The translations under genes and the position numbers were made by a program. Positions 9,337 through 13,832 of a stretch of 13,832 nucleotides of DNA are shown here, one piece after another. Below the pieces are notes generated by a model, which had not been told where the DNA came from, did not search any database, and was given only the letters and a program-made list of their open reading frames with translations. Origin of the DNA: Myxococcota bacterium (GTDB taxonomy: Bacteria > Myxococcota > XYA12-FULL-58-9 > JABJBS01); NCBI GenBank assembly GCA_036339465.1, contig JAYZAY010000010.1:1-13832 (forward strand). Reading direction: 5' to 3'. Positions within the stretch are counted from its first letter, which is position 1, and every line of letters begins with the position of its first letter.

Positions 9337-9370
9337 CCTCAAAAGAGCCATTATACGGGCTATTTTGAGG
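9337..9370. terminator. Imperfect hairpin between convergent genes, possible terminator or stability element
   Basis: CCTCAAAA-G-AGCC-(ATTATACG)-GGCT-A-TTTTGAGG gives a 12-bp stem with one mismatch. There is no classic U-tract. Confidence 0.35.
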
Positions 9371-9506
9371 AGGGGACCGGTGGATTCAAGCTTTAAGGAA
9401 ATGTTTAGGTGAGAGAGGAGGATTTAGCAAAGCGGCAGATTCTCGGGATGGTGGGGTAAACCTTTGGGGGCCGCAACCCGGGCCGCCATGACAACTTCCG
9501 CGCCTG

Positions 9507-9587
9507 GCTTAAAGAGAGCTTAAAGAGAGCTTAAAGAGAGCTTAAAGAGAGCTTAAAGAGAGCTTAAAGAGAGCTTAAAGAGAGCTT
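9507..9587. repeat. Perfect 11-bp tandem repeat (GCTTAAAGAGA) x7 plus GCTT, overlapping the stop codon of the 526-aa gene
   Basis: Copies start at 9507, 9518, 9529, 9540, 9551, 9562 and 9573. Confidence 0.98.
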
Positions 9588-11155
9588 TGTAAGTGCTCCA
9601 TGGCCATTTTTCTTTTAACGGCAACAGGAAGAAAATAACCATCCTTTCCAAGAAAATCGTTGAGTTCCATATTCGTCATCCTTTGCACCCTTTCTAAAGG
9701 CGTTTTTTGGGGTGACTTTGGTTGCTCTGATTTATCGGTCTTGGCCTCCGCTTGTTTTCGTCGACTCTGAAATCCCAAAGAAGGCGGCGCCACCGGACCA
9801 TCCTCAAGGGCCTGGGCTAAATAACCACCCGGGGAAGAGCAGTGTTTCAACTGGCGTATCTCTTCACAGACATTGGTGGCACTATTTAAAAACTCCTGAA
9901 GGGTTTCAAAACGCTCGGCATTTGGATTGGCAAGATGCCGCTTCAGGGCCAATTGAATATTCCTGGGTGTTAGGCCTGTCCCCTGCCCTTCCCATTTCAA
10001 GAGTTCCTCAAAATGAGGCACCACCGAGCGCCACGGAATTTTTCCATCCAGTTGAATCGCCTTCGGATTGCTTGTTTCTTTTGGGCCACTGATCACAGGC
10101 TTTGTCCAAACATCGGTGGTTTGCGACTGTTTTTCCAAAAGGACGGGCGCTTTTTTCTGGGTAAGCTTGTATATCCCTTGGCCGATGGGGGATAGGATGG
10201 AACCAACCATCGCACCTACACCACTGGCTACGTCTCGAAGGGCTTTAACGCTTTGGGTCTCGTCAATTTTATCGTTCACGATGAAACCGATTTCTTTGAA
10301 TAAGAAGAAACCAACTAAAATCGAGCCTGCAACCCAACCTGCGGGACCTCCTGCAACCAAACAACTCAGTCCGATCAAAGGTTTCGTAAACCGACCAGCA
10401 CCACCGAGAACCTGCACAAGCCCCCCGCCAAAACCCTGAAATGCACCCACCACACCGCCGCGATCTTCACCAGCTTTCACCCAATCCTGGCCAGCCTGAG
10501 CTGCGGTGTCGCCCGCTTTCCGGGGCGCGTCGAGAATCACCGTTCCTAATTTGATGGGCGACATCACCAAGCTACGGAGAATGTTTGAAAAACCTTCGCC
10601 GATTCGACCTTTTCCAAGGGCGGAGAAACCTCCCTTCAGGCCTGTGTCTCCAACCACGGACTCCTTAAGTCCTGCCAATCCTTGCCATGACTTATTTTCT
10701 GCTTGTCGAAGTGCTTGTTGTTGCTCTGTTAAATTCGGAGCCACTGCCCTAGATTCTGCCACTTTCGGTTCGACGGCAGAACTCACCATCTCAGTGGTCT
10801 GGCAACCAACGCCCTTAACGGAGATCCCCTTCATCTGAGTTGACTTTTCACGGGTGTTTCTAAATTTCGAGATGTCAATGGTGTTTCTAAGTTTCGAGAT
10901 GTCAATGGTTGTGGCCACCTCTGGTTTCGGGTCAATGCCTAGGGTCATCTTAGGCTTGAGAGCGAGAGAACGAGAAGGCGACTCAATCACGTCGAGGGAA
11001 TCGGTAGGACCCATAGAAACTGGAGTTTCGGGCTTCGAAGCTGCCGCAGCTTTCTTGTTCTTGGCGGCAAAATAGCGGGTCAAGAAATCATCAAACTTCT
11101 GTTCTTGAGTCGTATCCTCCAGCCCACGATTGGTATTTACACTTGCATCGAACAT
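9575..11155 (-). CDS. Hypothetical 526-aa protein: low-complexity N-terminus, central Gly-rich hydrophobic (glycine-zipper-like) segments, helical C-terminus
   Basis: Long ORF with SD GGGAGA 5 nt before the ATG. No Sec signal peptide. Contains GGVVGAFQGFGGGLVQVLGGAG, LIGLSCLVAGGPAGWVAGSILVGFFLF and ASGVGAMVGSILSPIGQG. I recognise no family. Confidence 0.85.
   Translation of the reverse strand: MFDASVNTNRGLEDTTQEQKFDDFLTRYFAAKNKKAAAASKPETPVSMGPTDSLDVIESPSRSLALKPKMTLGIDPKPEVATTIDISKLRNTIDISKFRNTREKSTQMKGISVKGVGCQTTEMVSSAVEPKVAESRAVAPNLTEQQQALRQAENKSWQGLAGLKESVVGDTGLKGGFSALGKGRIGEGFSNILRSLVMSPIKLGTVILDAPRKAGDTAAQAGQDWVKAGEDRGGVVGAFQGFGGGLVQVLGGAGRFTKPLIGLSCLVAGGPAGWVAGSILVGFFLFKEIGFIVNDKIDETQSVKALRDVASGVGAMVGSILSPIGQGIYKLTQKKAPVLLEKQSQTTDVWTKPVISGPKETSNPKAIQLDGKIPWRSVVPHFEELLKWEGQGTGLTPRNIQLALKRHLANPNAERFETLQEFLNSATNVCEEIRQLKHCSSPGGYLAQALEDGPVAPPSLGFQSRRKQAEAKTDKSEQPKSPQKTPLERVQRMTNMELNDFLGKDGYFLPVAVKRKMAMEHLQSSL
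10853..10909 (-). repeat. 27-bp in-frame tandem duplication (TIDISKLRN / TIDISKFRN)
   Basis: gtgtttctaaatttcgagatgtcaatg followed by gtgtttctaagtttcgagatgtcaatg, one mismatch. Confidence 0.95.
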
Positions 11156-11190
11156 TTATCTCTCCCATTTGGGTAACTCAGTTTAATAAA

Positions 11191-11217
11191 TGATCGGCGC
11201 CTCGGGGTAATTGTTGC
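11191..11217 (-). promoter_or_regulatory. Putative sigma28 (FliA/WhiG-type) promoter of the 526-aa gene
   Basis: The minus strand reads GCAA-N15-GCCGATCA against the consensus TAAA-N15-GCCGATAA. The -10 box matches 7/8 with exact spacing and ends 35 nt upstream of the ATG. Confidence 0.55.
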
Positions 11218-11415
11218 GAAAAAACGGCAAACCAATGGTTTTATTTGGTCATACCGGAAAACCTCCATTCATAAACCCGCGAACCCACGGGAAAAGTCGG
11301 CTCTTTCCGAGGCGCTCAAATCGAAAGTTGAAGGGACTCAAACAGCTATTGTAGACCTACTTTGTGCCCAGACAATGGAAATACACACAGAAACACTCAC
11401 CCTTGGCAGTGGCGG

Positions 11416-11766
11416 CTATGGAGGAAACGTATTTGTGGCCATCAATATGGCCGCAAAGAAGTGAGTGTGTTTTTTGTCGCCCCCGTCGACACCATGAAAA
11501 ATCAATTGGGACACGACCTCGACGTTGCTGACCTTTTTCATAGGAAGGCGAGCCGCCGTCTTATGGAAAATCCGTTGGGCAATGGCTTCAAGGTCTTTGG
11601 GCGTGAGGCCGGCTAGGCGCCGGAACTGAAGTCCGTCGGTTGTTTCCACAAAAACATCCTCGGGGATCTGGGTGTGAAAGCGAAGACTTAAATTCACCGC
11701 ACGACCGAAGCGCAGGACACAAGCAGTCAAAAATGTTGCAAGCAGTCAAAAATGTTGATGGCACCG
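11416..11766 (-). mobile_element. Degenerate IS91/ISCR-family (HUH, Y2) transposase fragment
   Basis: GAI...VLRFGRAVNLSLRFHTQIPEDVFVETTDGLQFRRLAGLTPKDLEAIAQRI parallels the family motif GAVTFIQRFGSALNLN.HFH.L.LDGVY......F.....PT..EL..L...I. The HUH motif is mutated to RFH, and no N-terminal Zn-finger region or catalytic YxxxY is seen. Confidence 0.7.
11720..11757. repeat. Perfect 19-bp tandem duplication CAAGCAGTCAAAAATGTTG x2
   Basis: 11720-11738 and 11739-11757 are identical. Confidence 0.97.
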
Positions 11767-12398
11767 TGTTCAAAACAAAAACCGAACGAAAGCTGGATGA
11801 GTATCATTTTCCCAAACCACATTCCCCCAGATCTCCTTCGCCCGCCGCGTTTCGCATCCATGGTCGAGTCCTTTATTCACTCCGTAGACAAAATTAATCC
11901 GGTTCGGAAAACCACTGACCCCGCCTCCGAATAACCCTCGAACTCATATCCATGATCCGTGCCTAGTCAGCTATCATAGGTGATCACTTAAGGTTTTACT
12001 CCTGCCGATGATAGTCCCATGTTGAGCCTACCTCTACGGCGCTCCCTGCGAGGATTGCTGCGATTTGCATTGTTACTAAGAAGAGTAAAGAGCTGACGTA
12101 ACTTCGCGTTTATGTTTTTGAATCGAGCTAGCAACGAGTTGACGAGTTTGTTGAAAATGTGGTGGCCACACATGGCGACCGTTCTGATGGATATCGGAGT
12201 CTGGGTGGCATGCTGGCACGCGTGAGCCATTTACTCACTTCACTGCGGTATACAGAAGCCAACCAGGTAGTCGTGACAGCAGCCAAAACACGCTTCACGA
12301 GCAAAACCATTTGCCCCTATGCCACCAAGTGGCTTAACATTTTGTGAAGACCAACACCAATTTATTGGTCCACTCAGTGGAGAGGGGGATCGCTACCC

Positions 12399-13832
12399 AT
12401 GCCTAAGCAATACCGACAAAACTGCAACCTCTGGCTGAGTGTCCTCATAGCGCTGACACCCACTTCCATTTTTGCGTCTGACAACTTGGGGCTTAATTTG
12501 AAACAATGGGAAAGCTTGGTATTAGATGAAGGCTTGTCGATCAAGATTAGTACTGCCTCCGTAGCCACTGAAACTCTACTCGATGCCCCAGCACCCATGT
12601 ATGTCCTGACCCGCAAGGAGATACGTAGGCGGGGTTACGTAGACATTACAGACATCATGAAAGACCTGCCTGGATTTGATAATGCCCACGTCGGAGGGTC
12701 CGGCGAATTATATACCTATCAGAGGGGCTTTCGTTCCGCGTTCAACAGCCGAACATTGGTCCTACTCAATGGACAAAACTTCACGCCACTGTGGTACCAA
12801 AGTGTACCACTCGGCCCTATGATCCCCATCGAGGCCATCGAGAAGATCGAAATTCTCTACGGACCCGCGGGTGCTATCTATGGGCCCAATGCGTTTCTCG
12901 GTGTCATCAACATCATCACCACCGATGCCTCGTCGCTCGAAACCGGAACGCATCAGGTCAGAGCCTCCTTATCAGCCGGAAGCTACGACACAAAACGGGT
13001 GGATATTCACGCAATGGCTAAGCTGACCGATTCCATCTCGATGACGCTCACCGCTCGTTTCGGCCGAACAGACGGCGCTGACGTGAGCGAGAGAGATAAC
13101 AAATGGCTTCACAACGACTACGCATCGAGCAAGACCATCTGGGGACCCATGCTCGATCGGGCCAGCAACGGCCACGACTATGGCAGCTTTGGTAACCCCG
13201 ACGATGACCATATGTTCATGGCATCACTAACCCTCGGTGACTTTAAACTCAACGCCTATAACTACTTACGCTCAGCCAGCAATGGGCCCGAGTACGCAGG
13301 AGATCGCCTTCAATCCAAAAACTTTTGGCCCGCGGGAGGCAACGGTGTCTACATTGAGCACAACAAACAATGGAATGATAACATTCAACTCAAATCCAGG
13401 GTGAGCTTTCGAACATCCGGTACCACTGGCCTCTGGGCAGACGCCGCGCCAAGTTGGGACGAAGGTCAGAGCCAATACTCCTACCTGTCCTACACAGAAT
13501 TCCACACCGCGAACAATGCCCTATCCTTTGAGCAAAATGTTACTTGGGACGTGACCGATGACCTCAGGCTATCGGCTGGTTATCGTTTCCTCAGAAAACA
13601 ACTGACCAAAGCCTTCGACATTGGGGATGGTTACTGGGGAGCCTACAACAGCAATGGTGCCGACGATAATTCAGCCATCTACAATACTGTGCCTTGCGAC
13701 ATCGACCCCGACGATGACGTCACCGACGATGGCTACACCAACTACGAAACTGACGACTGCGAGCCTTGGGACAATGGAGCCATACCCGCCTATCGCATGC
13801 CCTTCGACAACTTGGTTTTGACCGAAGACATC
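12399..13832 (+). CDS. TonB-dependent outer-membrane receptor, 3'-truncated by the window edge (absent from the ORF track)
   Basis: ATG 12399 with SD GAGAGGGGGA. The frame is open for 478 codons to the window end. Signal peptide MPKQYRQNCNLWLSVLIALTPTSIFA. Plug motifs ISTAS...LLDAPAPMYVLTRKEIRRRGY..I.D..KDLPGF, QRGF, TLVLLNG and IEKIEILYGPAGAIYGPNAFLGVINIIT, followed by amphipathic beta-strands. Confidence 0.95.
   Translation, partial: MPKQYRQNCNLWLSVLIALTPTSIFASDNLGLNLKQWESLVLDEGLSIKISTASVATETLLDAPAPMYVLTRKEIRRRGYVDITDIMKDLPGFDNAHVGGSGELYTYQRGFRSAFNSRTLVLLNGQNFTPLWYQSVPLGPMIPIEAIEKIEILYGPAGAIYGPNAFLGVINIITTDASSLETGTHQVRASLSAGSYDTKRVDIHAMAKLTDSISMTLTARFGRTDGADVSERDNKWLHNDYASSKTIWGPMLDRASNGHDYGSFGNPDDDHMFMASLTLGDFKLNAYNYLRSASNGPEYAGDRLQSKNFWPAGGNGVYIEHNKQWNDNIQLKSRVSFRTSGTTGLWADAAPSWDEGQSQYSYLSYTEFHTANNALSFEQNVTWDVTDDLRLSAGYRFLRKQLTKAFDIGDGYWGAYNSNGADDNSAIYNTVPCDIDPDDDVTDDGYTNYETDDCEPWDNGAIPAYRMPFDNLVLTEDI

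Noticed and set aside
11400..11416. GCCACTG, a cobalamin riboswitch-like word
   Set aside because: It is on the wrong strand and about 1 kb from the TBDR, other B12-element motifs are absent, and it lies within the transposase relic.
11985..12011. Second sigma28-like -10 box (GCCGATGA at 12004-12011)
   Set aside because: There is no -35 element at 15-nt spacing (TAAG is only 11 nt away) and no credible gene immediately downstream.
12213..12228. Sigma54-like TGGCACG upstream of the TBDR
   Set aside because: The GG-to-GC spacing is 9 rather than 10 nt, and there is no TTGC -12 box.
12374..13821. Several 63-80 aa ORFs in the track at the right end
   Set aside because: They are shadows of the stop-less TBDR reading frame starting at 12399.

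Overview
Bacterial genomic DNA with no rRNA, tRNA or CRISPR array. The gene style (Cys-rich EGF-repeat exported protein, YHYH protein, TonB-dependent receptor) suggests a diderm such as Myxococcota/deltaproteobacteria, but this is inference only. From left to right: (1) the 3' part of a large Cys-rich protein, open from base 2, with 93-bp four-Cys calcium-binding-EGF-like repeats and a C-terminal PR-1-like CAP domain; (2) a glutathione-dependent formaldehyde detoxification pair, frmA-fghA, on the minus strand; (3) a secreted YHYH protein behind a repeat-, hairpin- and G4-rich leader; (4) a frameshifted C-terminal remnant of an alpha/beta hydrolase; (5) an NTT/MFS-like transporter fused to HEAT repeats; (6) an orphan 526-aa glycine-zipper protein with a sigma28-like promoter, whose stop codon is amplified as a 7x 11-bp tandem array; (7) a decayed IS91/ISCR-type transposase fragment; (8) a TonB-dependent receptor running off the right edge, missed by the ORF track. 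The strongest novelty candidates are the EGF-CAP exported protein and the sigma28-linked glycine-zipper orphan. I see no single multi-gene system that I can demonstrate from sequence alone.
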